From Octopus vulgaris (lineage: Eukaryota), in contig OX597818.1 in assembly GCA_951406725.2 (NCBI GenBank), positions 66,464,001-66,528,000 of the forward strand: 64,000 bases of DNA. The letters run 5' to 3'. Positions 1 to 14,194 of the stretch are shown in pieces (position 1 is the stretch's first letter; each line of letters starts with the position of its first letter). The notes under the pieces are model-generated. The model ran no database searches, was not told the DNA's origin, and worked only from the letters and a program-made list of their open reading frames with translations. The position numbers were made by a program, and so were the translations under genes.

Positions 1-245
1 GTGTCATGAAAGTTGAGAAGAGGAGACTGAGGAGCGATTAGCTCCCTTGTCTTGTAAACCCCTCGCAAGAAATGAAAACCTAAACAGTTTGACTATTGAG
101 TGGTCTGAATTGTACAAAGATGTTATCCGCCAGGAATAGGGGAATCACCAAAACATGATATGCTTGAAGAATAGAAGAGGGAAGGAAAAACTATGTAAGA
201 AGCAATGGAAATGCTTTGCATTATTAACGCGCTTTTCCATTTGCT

Positions 246-273
246 ATATATAGATATATATATATATATACAC

Positions 274-305
<32 letters not shown>

Positions 306-312
306 ATACATA

Positions 313-347
<35 letters not shown>

Positions 348-366
348 GATATGTATATATATATAT

Positions 367-452
<86 letters not shown>

Positions 453-460
453 ATGTGTAT
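246..460. repeat. (TA)n/(TG)n compound microsatellite
   Basis: Direct reading; explains the overlapping poly-IY ORFs. Confidence 0.95.
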
Positions 461-1167
461 GCATGTATTAAACATATACCCAGCGATCTTGGCATTTAAA
501 TATTTATATTTGATTCTAATCTTTGAAATTGTTTTGCGAGTATATTTGCAAACCTTAAACACCTCAATCTTTAATAATACAAATATACAAATTTCTATAT
601 TCATATCTGTGAAGCAAGAGAAAATAAAATTTCAGAAATAGTACATCAACGTATAAACGGTGAATATATGACAAGAAGAAATTTCACAAACGTCATGTTT
701 GCTTTACAGAGATCACATTTATTCAATTTTTATCTGCCCATTGAACCGAATGGAAATATATTTTCATTTAGAATTGTCTGAAAGCCATGTGAATATCACA
801 TTTATCTATTTTATTCGAGTGACTCACTGACAACTGGAGTTCATAAAAATCAAATAGGCAAAACATTTAAACATTTAATTTTTTTTTTTTAGATACTGCA
901 GTTTTTCTTTGGTCTCATAACTGCAAATAACATTCCATGGCTATTCAACCCCTTTCTCTCTCCATGTCTATCTATATATCTATCTAGCTACCTTTCTATG
1001 CATCTCTCTATATACATACAAATACATACGTACACTCATACACACACACACACAGATATGTACACATACATATGCAGATAAGGAGAAAGATAGAGAGAGG
1101 GAGAAAGATAGAAAAACATATTATCAACCTGCATAAATTCGTCGTTATATTCACCCTATATTTCTCG

Positions 1168-1221
<54 letters not shown>

Positions 1222-1227
1222 GTAATA
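1168..1227. repeat. (AAT)n microsatellite
   Basis: Direct reading. Confidence 0.95.
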
Positions 1228-2753
1228 AATTTAATGTTTACGCATGCATGTTCGAACACATACATTCACACAGACTCGCATACAGTTTATATTTCGTTAA
1301 TATGTGTATATTTATTTCTCCATCAAAATATATCTTTATCTTACATGGACATTTTCATTACGTTCGAATTCTATTATTGTGAAACAGGAAATGGTAAAAC
1401 TAGACACGTCACTCGATTTCAAAATAAAGTGAAATTTATTTTCGTTTTAAAATATAGAGATACTTTTATATATGGAGTTAACATGCTCGGTTTTCTGATT
1501 TTAATTGCAATCTTAATGAAAATGTATCCTATTTATGATAAATAACACTTGATGTATACAAAAAGACAGGAAAACGATTCCACTATTTTATTCCGTTCTC
1601 TTATTGCTGTTTTTGTGGTTTATGTGAATTTCAGAAAATATTCGGTTCTTCCATTAACCAAATGGATTGATAGATGAGATTAACTGTTGTTAAAAATCAT
1701 TTCTTTGGTAATTTCTATAAACATAAATTAACGGAAACATTTCTCTGGGTGTGTCACCTTCAATGCAGTTCCCTGACATCTTTACGTGTATTCAATTTCT
1801 ATAGAATGCTTACTAGCCACTTAGGATTCATATGCAGATTAAAGAGCACTGTATACCGTATTAACACGGCAATTATTGATTTTTCTAATGTTTTCCAAAT
1901 GTTGTTGTTTCCTATTTTACACAATTTTATTTAACACTTGATTTCATTAAACGTGAAGTAAAACTTCGAGAAAATCTACATATTATTCTATGGTAAATCT
2001 CATGAATATTTTATGTGAGGAAAAAGAGAAGAAAAAATTCGTTCTTTATTTTTACTCACTAAGTTTAGTGTTCAACTCATATCATGGAAGGATTTTGCCG
2101 TCATCATAGTAAATGTTATCGACACATACATATAATTTTTGGAAAGGAAACACTCATCACTTGAGTAAAACGTAGACAACATGTGTCGAAAAACCCCACA
2201 ATATATTTCCACTAAACTTGCCTCCGACCCATACAAGCATAGAAAATGTGAAAATAATTTCAATTTTTTTATCGATTTAGTCAATAGTTGATTCCTTTCA
2301 AAGCGTTGTCGGGTCAAATGTTCATAAAATACAAATCACAAAGAGGAACTGACATTTTAACACTCAGATAACTTCCATTAATTGTGTTGTTTAATATCTT
2401 ATAATACGTACAATGGTATGCGTAATACAACTTGCAAATAGGGGTTCATGATTTTGTCAACATGGGTAATTTCACGCAATACTGTATGCATACAAAAATT
2501 GCAATGACACTTTTATTAAGTTTCTTGTTTTTTTATACATGATGAAATGAATTATAAATTTCTAAAGGAAGGTATTTATTATCTTTAAAAAATATTAAAA
2601 CATATTTCTCATTTGTATAATTCTTCAAATAACTTCAATTTCATTTGCTACCTCTCCCTTTTACTCTTCCTCCTTCTCTGTCAGCAGGATTCCTTCTGCC
2701 ACTTTGTTACTTCCATCAAATCCTCTCGCTGCAACTCTGATGTTTTCTTTCTG

Positions 2754-2811
2754 CATCCTTATTATATTTCTCTACATCTCACTCTCCGTAGAGTGTAAAT
2801 CTTCAGAGATG
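2754..2811 (-). ncRNA. Candidate type I hammerhead ribozyme
   Basis: Minus strand: catct-CTGAAGA-tttaca...tgtaga-GAAA-tataa-TA-aggatg. Core boxes intact, 6-bp stem II, stem I needs one bulge. Confidence 0.4.
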
Positions 2812-2928
2812 AAAAACAACCAACTAAAAAAACTGTTATAATCTAAAGACAGAAGAAAAAGCCAAGTATTGCAATTCTAGATTTGACGGATATTTGTCCT
2901 CATCTTGTTTGTTGGTATAATAAAAAAG

Positions 2929-3010
<82 letters not shown>
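2929..3010. repeat. (AAT)n microsatellite
   Basis: Direct reading. Confidence 0.95.
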
Positions 3011-3012
<2 letters not shown>

Positions 3013-3160
3013 TCGAAAAACCATAGAAACGAGAACCCAGGTTCAAAATGTCCCCCAAGACACCTGATGAAGGCTGCAGGTTATATCAGCCGAAACGTTG
3101 TGTTAACAACAAACAAAATGAGGACAAATATCCGTCAAATGTAAATAATGTAAAAAATGT
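3011..3160 (+). mobile_element. HHR-bearing short interspersed element (PLE pLTR/retrozyme-like), copy 1
   Basis: Homologous to 40448-40636, 53755-53907 and 58915-59055; starts catcgaaa immediately after (AAT)n. Confidence 0.85.
3059..3104 (+). ncRNA. Minimal type I hammerhead ribozyme
   Basis: gacac-CTGATGA-a-ggctg...cagcc-GAAA-cg-TT-gtgtt: stem I gacac/gtgtt, stem II ggctg/cagcc, palindromic stem III AACGTT, predicted GUU cleavage after 3099. Confidence 0.8.
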
Positions 3161-4437
3161 ATTGGTATGTAGGCAATATCAATTGTCAAGTAATTCTTAA
3201 TTATATTTTAAGTAATTAAGAAATAAACTCTATGAAATATATCCCTGTCCAAATATCAAATTGCGCATGGAAGTTGTAGACAGTAACTGAGTCAAAATTT
3301 GATTTCAATTACAAGTAATTTCAGAATACGTGAATGATGTATATTTGTTCTGAAATATCACAGAACGATTTTGCATAATTTAATTAAAGTTGTACTCCAT
3401 ATAACTGAAAGAAACACATATTTCAGGGATAAGGATATCAATTTTAAAGAGGCGTCTTTCGTACCATTTTATTTAGAACAACTTTCGGAACTTAACATGA
3501 GACAGATTTTGCCATTTCATCAAGCCTGGACAATTGAAGGCAGAATGAAACAAAAACACGGTAAGAAAACAATATATATTTGAAAGAAACCATCAAATAT
3601 ACATTCCAACTCTTCTAAGTAATTAGGTTGACAGAAGGTGAAATTTACAATGAAATTATACAAGTTTAACTAGAACTTGTACCATCTCTATTGCATTCTT
3701 CCACAATTGTTACATTCGACATTATTCAAAGTTTGGATACTTATATCATCGGGAAAGATACGTAAATCAAAAGTTATTCACGTATCTGGTGTGGCCATAT
3801 AATTCCTTTTGTAGGAAGAAACCAAAATGAAAAAGATAAATGTTTTAAATATCCTGCGGATGCTTGGTTTCTTTCCGTTAATGAACGTCGAAAAAGTAAA
3901 TTCGTTCATGAAATATCCAAGAAAATTAAAAAATTAGATATTAACTTAAATTTTTCCAAAGCCATGAAGAAATACGTGAAGTGAAAAAAATGAATATGGA
4001 TCAGTGTAATGGACTTTTTATCAGATGAAATTGTTTATAATTAAGTATTTAGCGACACATAAACAAACAAAATGAAAAAAAAATGAGAAGACGAAATGGA
4101 AACAAATGAAAATATTGCTAAAAGATAAATAAATTTTGAAGACAAATTAAGAACCCGAGGAAAGAAACAACATTCCCTTTATATATTTCATAAATGTTAT
4201 TTTCTTCTCTAATTCCGCTGCATTTACGTTAGTATGTATATCTTATGTATATATGAACGTATATACGTGTGTATATCTATACATATATGTATGTATATAT
4301 ACATATATTTGCATAGATATGTATTTATATGTGTAGGTGCGTAAAAATATATTCCACATAATATGCAATGAATAAAAGTATTAAACGTGAAATTGGAGTG
4401 ACATGTGTGACTTTTGAGTTGAAGCTAAATATATAGT

Positions 4438-4453
4438 TTATATATATACATTT

Positions 4454-4489
<36 letters not shown>

Positions 4490-4500
4490 ATGTGTGTATG

Positions 4501-4543
<43 letters not shown>

Positions 4544-4744
4544 TCTTGGACTTTTCTATATCACATTGTTTGAAGAAGAGGTTTTCTCGAAGCGTAAAAC
4601 TCATCTATTTCTTTCTCTGAGCGTCTTATTAATACTTTGCATGTACCATGTCCTCGAGTTGTTGCTTTTTCTTGTCTCTCTTTCTGTGTTTTGTTTACTC
4701 ATTATACATCTCTCTCTCTCTTTACCTCTCTATCTATCTATCTA

Positions 4745-4805
<61 letters not shown>

Positions 4806-4843
4806 ACATAGACACACATACACACACACATATATATATATAT
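4438..4843. repeat. Two (TA)n/(TG)n/(CT)n compound microsatellite blocks
   Basis: Direct reading. Confidence 0.85.
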
Positions 4844-5895
4844 AACTGTACCTGTACATATAATAGATCTAGTTGACAAGAAAGTGTTCAGAGATGAACT
4901 GTGTCCAGCGATTTCCACGAGGACAAACAAGCCTTATGTTTGCGCATGAAATACCGTGTAACATAATTTACAATTATTATCGCATGAAGAAGATGCATCG
5001 CAATTACCAAATAGCATTCGACAGAAGCGGTGACGGAAAAATAGAGATAAACCCAAGTTTCAAGAAATATCCTAGTTTAACATTGCATTATGCTAAGGGG
5101 AAGTTGATTTCCTACATAGCATATCTACTAATAACAAGGGCAAGTAACACTGACATTATGCATGCACCAACAAATTACATGATTAATTTGTTATATCCTT
5201 CCTGCTTTTTTTTCATCTGTAGCCAAGGGCAATAAATTGTTTATTGATAGATATGGATAGTGAAAGATAAGTACAAATTGTCACAGAAGCAATTATGGAA
5301 TGACTCAGTGCCAATCTTGTGTCCTGATGTATGAAAAACATTCTTTTTCGTAGATATTGGAACAAGTAAATTATATGTCAGTGGACCTACGTACTATTAT
5401 AAAGTGCATATTTGCTTTAAAATCACCTCTTAAAGTCATTGGCTCGTGCTATATCCCGCGATGCCTTCACAGGTGTGAGACTTGTTTCAGAGATATCAGT
5501 TATTCAGAAACCGAAAGTACCGAATGAGAAAGTAGAATGAATATGTGTGTCCTTGCTTGTGTTGACATTTGTGGAGTTCCAGGTGCAAATATCAAAGCAT
5601 TTGTAGCTAAAGACCGAATGAAAAGCGTTAAAATCAGTGGGAGTGCTTGAAAAGGATGTCTTTTGTCATATTAGTGTCAGTAAGAAAACTAGAATGAATT
5701 TATCTATCACTGGATTCGGTGTGATTGATTTACCCCCACACAGAAAATCGTTGGTCTTGTGTCTAAACGTGAGAGCTATTGATCTGGTGCTTGTGATATG
5801 AGTGAAGCAATGGAGAATCACTGGATTGTTATACCAACACAATTATTAAAACCGTATGCACACCCATAAATACAGACACACAGATGTATATGCGT

Positions 5896-5947
<52 letters not shown>

Positions 5948-5980
5948 AGAGATAGATAGATAGATAGATAGATACTATAT

Positions 5981-6190
5981 ACTTTTTCACTTGTTTCAGT
6001 CATTTGACTGCGGCCATGCTGGAGCACCGCCTTTAGTTGAGCAAATCGACCCCGGGACTTATTCTTTGTAAGCCCAGTACTTATTCTATCGGTCTCTTTT
6101 GCCGAACCGCTAAGTGACGGGGACGTAAACACACCAGCATCTGCTGTCAAGCGATGTTGGGGGGACAAACACAGACACACAAACACATAC

Positions 6191-6229
<39 letters not shown>

Positions 6230-6395
6230 TACGACAGGCTTCTTTCAGTTTCCTTCTACCAAATCCACTCACAAGGCAGTGGTCGGCCCGGGGCTATAGC
6301 AGAAAACACTTGCCCAAGATGCCACGCAGTGGGACTGAACCCGGAACCATGTGGTTGGTTAGCAAGCTACTTACCACACATCCACTCCTGCGCCT
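5981..6395 (-). mobile_element. tRNA-derived SINE family A, full copy
   Basis: Head aggcgcaggagtgg..gtgtggtaag...ggttcagtcc, central ttgggcaagt, internal (TA)/(TG), tail ggcggtgctccagcatggccgcagtcaaatgactgaaacaag; near-identical copies at 14.2, 21.7 and 29.3 kb. Confidence 0.9.
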
Positions 6396-6924
6396 ACTAT
6401 ATACTATATTCTATATACTATATCCTATATACTCCTTATATACGATTGGATATACTTTCAGACGTGAATACATAAAATATATTCAGACGTATTTTGCACC
6501 GAAGTAGACGTATTAAATTACCTTGAAATAGAAATACATATTTTATAGTCTCTGCTTATTTTATCAAGGTTTTTAATCTGTATAAAAAAACACAGTTTAT
6601 TTTAAATGGATGTGTGCTGAATAAAGTTGAAATTTCAAACACTGTTCATATATATATATATATATATATTTCTATATTATTTTCCTTATAAGTTATATAA
6701 TCTGTTAGTACCACGTAAAGCTTTTTATTGAGCCAGATGTGAAAACAACTAAAATCACTTCTGGAAATATATTTGAATATTTGAAATCTTCACCAATCAA
6801 TGGAATTTTTTTTTTTCCTGTGAAGAATAAAAGTTATTCTGTTTGCTTTTTTTTTGTTTTAAGCTGAGGTTTTTCATGGTTTCTACTGAACTTCATTTTG
6901 TTTATTTAGCATTTAACTGTGAAA

Positions 6925-7232
6925 GAAGAGTGGTTATCGTTTTCGGTCAGCAATGGTTAGGTCGTGAGTTCAATTCACAGCGGCGTGATTTTTACTATAA
7001 GAAGAAACTTTTATTTTACATTGCTCCAGTCCACTCAGCTGGCAAAACTGTGCTGTACCTATAAGTCAAAGGGCCAGTTTTGTCACATTCTTTGCCACAC
7101 TGACCCTGCTTGAGAACTACGTAGAGGACCACAAATGAATGTGCTCAGGAATTTGCACTTTATTTTCTGGATCAGGCTGTTCCGTTGATGGGATCGATTA
7201 GAACAGTCGTCAATACAACTAATGGAACGTTA
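6925..7232 (+). mobile_element. tRNA-derived SINE family C (head H1, tail T1), diverged
   Basis: agtggtta...gagttcaattc B-box, ttgctccagtccactcagctg core; similar to 17323, 30324 and 38743. Confidence 0.7.
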
Positions 7233-7384
7233 GGAATATATAAATAAAGCAAAACTGAAAAAGACTTCAGAAGTACTTGGCTTAGTCTGCATTTTTTCTC
7301 TTTTAATCTTATTATGCTCAAATATTTTAAAATTATTTGGTGTCAATTATGGGAAAAAGTAAGGAAAAAATGAATACTAAATAT

Positions 7385-7521
7385 TATTTTCTACTCTAAG
7401 CACAAAGCCTGAAATATTTGGGGAGGCAGCCAGTCGATTAGATCGATCCCAGTACGCAACTGGTACTTATATATCAACCCCGAAAGGATGAAAGGCAAAG
7501 TCGTCCTCGGCGGAATTTGAA
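7385..7521 (-). mobile_element. SINE family B, partial
   Basis: ccccgaaaggatgaaaggcaaagtcg.cctcggcggaatttgaa shared with 33916 and 57686. Confidence 0.8.
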
Positions 7522-7884
7522 TGATGTCTAAATATTAATTCATATTTTTGGAGCTATATCTGATAATATAGGAATTTTTCTAATGTTTATAGTTTATTAA
7601 ACCTCAGTGATGCTGAACACAGCTCGGATATGACTCATTTGCGCAAATTCAGTAAAGACAGTAATGTATAACTTTTTATGCTGTTTTTATGTAGAAATGG
7701 TTCACTAATCTGTCGAATTGGTAAATTGAATGCAAATAAATCTTATTAGCTTGTACCATACTTCGTATTAGTTACGCAGTATAATACACATTTACGTATA
7801 TAGTAGTTACTCGTTATGATGTAGCTTCGAAGTGTATGCAAACAACGAATTTACTTATCATTATAATGGAGCTTTCTTTTATAT

Positions 7885-8036
7885 TCTTTTCTACTCTCGG
7901 CACAAGTCCTGAAATTTTGGGGGAGAGGACCAGTCGATTAGATAAACCCCATTATGCAACTAGTACTTAATTTATCGATTCCGAAAAGATGGAAGGCAAC
8001 GTCGACCTTAACGGAATTCGAACTCAGAACGTAAAA
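7885..8036 (-). mobile_element. SINE family B, partial
   Basis: Aligns by eye with 7385-7521 and 33916-34147. Confidence 0.8.
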
Positions 8037-8560
8037 GCCTTTATGTATATTCTTATCTACTCTGGGTACAAAACCCCAAATTTTATGTATGTATGTACGC
8101 ACAGATACTCACACATACACACACACACACACACATAAATATATGTATGTATATATGCATGCATGTATTTTGTAGGTGTGTGTGTATATATGTTTCTGAT
8201 TGCAAGAGTGCCCCTGTGTTCTATGAGAGAAAGAATGACAACATTTCGTGTCCTTTCATATCAATACGTTTTCTTTTTTTGTTTAACAACTTACGAGAAA
8301 TAAATGAATACTGCATTGTTATACGAGTTATTACACACCCGATAAAGCGCACCTTTCATTACACAATTTCGGCTTTAATTGTTATTAATTGCCACAAGAT
8401 TATCCTATCTAAAAGTAATATTTAATTCCAATTAGAAGCAATTCGTCTGCTCTCCCTGGTACCAGATTTAAGTTAATATATATCACTAACACTTAATTGA
8501 TGAGAGTTCAGGCTGAGTGTATATTGCTGGACTAGCAATTTCTAAACTACTGGATCTAGT

Positions 8561-8760
<200 letters not shown>

Positions 8761-9497
8761 AGTACATATGTGATTGTTTACATGTATGTGTGTGTGTTTG
8801 TCTGTGTGTGTATCTTTATATCATTTGTCCATAACAATTTATCAAAACACGGGAAATTGTATCTGCAATATTTTAATTAAACTGAAGAAGTTAAATAATT
8901 CGTATAATTGTCTGATTATTGGGAGAAATATTCCTGCAATTCAAACTTGCTTAATTACTCAGAGTAGGAAAATGTAAATTACTTTAAGCTTCACTTCATA
9001 CAGAACTGCAATTGGCCACATAGCTCAGCGAGGGGAGCAGGTTCTTAGAAATTATCAGATTACCAATACAGCAAGCGTGAATTTGGGATACAATACAGAG
9101 CTCTATCATAATTCTGTTATATATCTGCTGATGCATCATTTCAATCATGCAATCGATATTCCTATAATGGAAAATACGGTTTATCTGTTCGATATAAATT
9201 ATTTAGTGATAAATATTTGTTCTGAAATTTATATAAATTTTTCAGGAAAGAATTTACAAATGCAGTGGTAATATATATTGGAGAGATGTTAGATCACCCT
9301 GTTACAGGATTCGTTAAAATATATTCAATCCTGGTAATGTTTAATAGGTCTCCAATAGGACCTGCAATATTGCCAGTGCATTGAGTAATACACGAATTAT
9401 TTGATATCCGTCTAAGAGACTCTCTTTGAGAAAATCTGCCAGTAAACATGTTGTTTAGTCACAGCAGTTAAGATTAACGTCGATACTGTAATATTTG

Positions 9498-9501
<4 letters not shown>

Positions 9502-9569
<68 letters not shown>

Positions 9570-9848
9570 AATAGAGAGAGAGGGAGAGAGAGAGAGAGAG
9601 AGAGAGAGGAAGAGTGTGACTGATTGATTGATTGATAGGTAAATAAACGGATATAGATAAAATATGAAACGGAACTAATCCCACAAACACGCACACACAT
9701 GTATATGAGTATATATGTATATAGGAATATATATATGAGTGTGCGTGTGTGTACATATATATATATATATATATATACACAGGTATATAGATAAACAGAT
9801 AGACAGCCAATTAGACAGACAGGCAGACATATAGACAGAAAGACAGAC

Positions 9849-9899
<51 letters not shown>

Positions 9900-9900
9900 G
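9502..9900. repeat. (TA)n, (GA)n and (AGAT)n microsatellite cluster
   Basis: Direct reading. Confidence 0.85.
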
Positions 9901-10344
9901 AGATAACGTGAAATTTTTATTCCTGTATATATTTTTCAGAGTAGTATTGCATCTGACAATCTCTGAAATTAAGTCTACAGATCAGGATATATCCAGAGAA
10001 CTCAATTACACTGGATTCACAGCATGTTTATAAAACTTACTTAAATTCCTCAGTGAGTTTAGGTACATTTCTAAAACAAGTGAGCGCCAAAGAATATCCC
10101 ATAATGTAAATAACATATCTTTGTTGACCATGATTCCTTTATGAATCAACAGAGTATCATAATAGACAAATTATTATATGTACGTAATAAACATCAAATG
10201 ACATGAACTTCATGCTGCTGGGATGTGATTTTTTTTCTTTTCTATCAGTGCATCAGACAACAATAGAAAGGTCGTTATCTGCTGTTCTTCGCATAATAAC
10301 TGAATATATTTTTGTGTAGGTGTGTATGTGTGAGTGTAAGTATA

Positions 10345-10387
<43 letters not shown>

Positions 10388-10441
10388 TATATGTATGTAT
10401 CTCTCTCTCCCTCTCTCTCTATATATATGAATCTATATATC

Positions 10442-10472
<31 letters not shown>

Positions 10473-11118
10473 ATGTGTGTGTGTGTTTATATACATATAT
10501 ATATACAGAGAGAGAGAGGGAGAGAGAGATGGAAAATAGGCAGGCAGATAGATAGCTTGATTGATAGATAGATAATGTCTTTCTTTCATTATATGCCTAC
10601 ACTTACATCAAAATATAACTGACCTTATGCTGTGTTTTTCACTTTTATGGGTTTCTTCAATAATATGTTTAGCACATTACATGCCGACCTCCACACCTAC
10701 GCACATACACACGTCTGATTTCATAAGACTTACTTAACGTTACCTATTGCGTCTTTATACTTATTCATCCCTTAATCCCTGCTGATAATGAATGAATATT
10801 GAAAACAAATATAATACGGACCTCGCTACTAATCACTGACAATTCATCTACTTCAAAAACTAATGCCTGTAAATATATGCTTTAATTATATTCATTATAA
10901 TTTCACATTGTCGCGATCTCACCACTCCAATCCCTCTCTATAAGCTTATGCATGTATACTTACATTTATATTTATGCATATATGCATGTTCAAATATGTG
11001 CACGCGCGCTTGCTTGTTTGTGTGTAGGTACATATATATATATATATATATACGTCATATGTAAAATAAAATTGTTTTTTGAAGCGTTGAAAGTCATATT
11101 TTTAACACGAAAATACTG

Positions 11119-11187
<69 letters not shown>

Positions 11188-11189
<2 letters not shown>

Positions 11190-11300
11190 AAAAAATCCGT
11201 CTTAGGAGCAGAAAGAATTGTCGGCAACCAGCCAGGAGGATCGAACTCACACGCCACCAATATCCGGCTGGAGTGCTCTACCATGTATGCTAAATACTTC
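11188..11300 (-). mobile_element. Short tRNA-derived SINE ending in (TA)n
   Basis: Minus strand: tagcatacatggtagagca (A-box-like)...gagttcgatcc (B-box), then a short tail running into (TA)n 11123-11187. Confidence 0.55.
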
Positions 11301-11583
11301 TATAATACATATCAACGCTTCAAAGAAACAAATTGATGTTTCTTTATATATGACTTAATGAATATGACATCTAGCATTTCTGGATGACTCTATAACTTCT
11401 AAAATTGCATCATCTATCTACCTACACAGACACACAGACACACACACACACACACACATCTGAAACATTCATTAACCCCGAAATATTGAATGCAAACTAA
11501 GTCTACATTGGTCCATGTTTGTTTTCTTGTGAATTGCCTTGTTTTTACTTAACATTGTTCTGGCTTTACCCTGGATCCTTTGT

Positions 11584-11653
<70 letters not shown>

Positions 11654-11719
11654 TGCATACATATATATAGACACATTCATACATATATACATACATACAT
11701 GCATGCATACATTTGTATA

Positions 11720-12960
11720 TAGATCGTCTGAATTAAGCTAAAATGAAAATAACACTGACATCTCATATTAATAGTTATATTCAACAAAATTACCACAAAA
11801 TATCTTCAAATACTGAAGAATAAATTTCTTCAATAAAATCGCAATCGGTCTCAACCACGACCTCCAGACGACTTGGGTATCTTCTCCATTTCTTCTGGGT
11901 GGTCTCCTTTATTAAGTTGGTGAATCCTGCCATAAACTTTGCTTTCCGTTTATCTTTAGTATAACAAGGAGACTTGTTGATCTCTCACTTAGCTCTGCTC
12001 CACACATAATAATCGCGGGCGTTGCAGTCTGGGGTGTTACGTTATCAGCTGTCAGGAGAGATGTGTTCGCAGAAATTGTCTGATAGCCATGACTGATTTC
12101 TCCTGCTTGTGTAGCATGGGACAGAGTTCTCGTACCTGACATAGGATTTTCCAGCAACACTACCTCATCCTGGATCTTGTTGTAGTCTTCTGTTTTGAGT
12201 CTGAGGTCGTGTGGGAAATGAACGGAAGCATAACGTCGCCATCACGGGAGATCACTTTAAACACCATGATGTTGATTGGGTGTTTTTTGTTTTTGTTTTT
12301 TTGCTTCTCATTCTCGGTACAAGTTTTCGGGAGACAGCAAGCCAACGGTTGTTCTCTGCATTCACCAACTGATCCTGACGGAAATCGTTCTCGTTTGAGA
12401 AAAACGAAACCATGTTCGATGTGTGGAGATACTTGAGTTTGTTGAAAAGCTTATTCCTCTTGCCCTTGAAAGCTTGGCATAGAATTTGGCCCTTTCTCAT
12501 CTTGTCTCGGAAATTCCAAATGTCTTCCTTCACTGCCTGCCTTGTAAGGAACTCATCCACTCCCCTGACCAGATTTATGTGGAAGGTTCGTTGTGAATCA
12601 AGGTCTGGATCGCACCGACAAATTCTGGACTCTTTTCTCATTTAACCGTTCAGATTGAGTTTTCGGAGCTACCGTACCTTCGTAATTACCATTAGACTTA
12701 CCCAAGTCTTTCTGAATCGTCTACACTCTCCTCAGATTGAGATGATGAACTCTGAAATGTTCCAGTGCGAACTGCCAGAACAACAGCAAGTCGTTTCCAA
12801 ATTTCTGTGAGATTGAATTGCGTTATAGTAGTGAGATTTTCACAGACGGCGCCTAATTCAACATACAATACTGTGTAGTCGACAAAATCAAAGGCAAACA
12901 ATGCGCATGAGGGAAATTACAAATATAAAAATGTGACAATTCACCCCATCGTACCCTGTA
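11720..12960 (-). mobile_element. Decayed Tc1/mariner DD37D (maT-type) DNA transposon
   Basis: Fragments FFSNENDF, KHPINIMVFKVISRDG and PYVRYE(N)SVPC...PDCNARDYY, with exactly 37 codons between the 2nd and 3rd catalytic positions; TIR-like end tacagggtacgatg; many stops and frameshifts. Confidence 0.85.
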
Positions 12961-13775
12961 TTTATACACAAACACGAGCGCGTGCAGACACACACATAAT
13001 AGATTATATATACGTTTGTGTATACGTGAATATGTGTGTGTTAGTGTGCAAAAGCATAGAATAGAGAGAGAGAAAGATAGAAAAAGAGAGAGAGAGAGTT
13101 AGAGGAATCAGATTTATGCCAAAGTCGTATACCTACACGTGTTCACAGTTACTGACGCCCGCATTTGGAAGTCTCTGTAACTGACACAGAAGCGAACGAC
13201 TCAGTGTGTACAGAAGATTATGTCCCTAATGATGTATGCCTCTCTTTAGGATCAGTCAGTGAATATTAACTTAATCTATAACACATCTTTATTAACGGAA
13301 ATTCGTGATTGCATTAATTTTCGATTTATATTATATAATATAATTTAAGAATAGTGATTAAGGTATTGCATTTTACATTCATGCCACACGAGTAATTAAG
13401 CATAAATTCCTAAATATATATCAGCGAAGTAAGTGCATTATCAAATAATTGAATGAAATGGATATGAAAATATTGTGTTGTTGAAATTTTCTTGGAACGA
13501 ATTACAATAATTAAAAAGTTAATATTTAAATGGTAGTTGAACATTGTGAGATTATATAATTATTTAAAATGCTGTTATGAAACCGGTGTAAGACAGATAA
13601 TTAGCGAATATGCATGTTGCGTTATTATTTTTAAATACAACATTTTTGATTTTATGAGTATGTTGAATAATTGGAAATTTATTTGTGGATATTCATATCA
13701 GATGTAATTTATATACAGTGCTCACATATACATACACAGACAGACACCCACATACACAGACACACACATACACAC

Positions 13776-13811
<36 letters not shown>

Positions 13812-14194
13812 ATTTGTATGCATGTATGTATGCATGATTGTAACTATGTTGATATGTATGTTTGTAAGCGAACTTACTGGACATTATGCGCAAGCTAGGA
13901 TCCTATAAGCCTCGTAGCTCTTTTCAGTGCAAAGTCCGTGATGACATCAGATTGCTAAACACTCTGATAAGTCTTTACTCTTCTCCGACAAAACTAAAAG
14001 TTGACCCGAAGGAACATTTGGTTGTAAAGGAGACCACAGTAGCCCGGATGCAATTTTTCCGTGTAGTAAACAAATGCATTCCGATGTGTGGAGCAATGTG
14101 TTCGTATGCGCTTCATGTGTTTACGTTTACATGTATATAGACGTGTATATATGTGTGGGGCTGTGTGTGCAAGGCTCTATAACGTATACTCTTT

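Noticed and set aside
123-641. Poly-IY/YI ORFs here and at many other TA tracts; poly-I/Y/L ORFs at AAT tracts
   Set aside because: Translations of microsatellites that lack stops in some frames; no protein signal
4873-5235. 120-aa ORF in non-repetitive sequence
   Set aside because: TTG start, no recognisable motif and no clear splice context; length is compatible with chance
13890-14100. Possible CR1-like RT relic on the minus strand (LLWSP)
   Set aside because: Only one short motif; too weak to support
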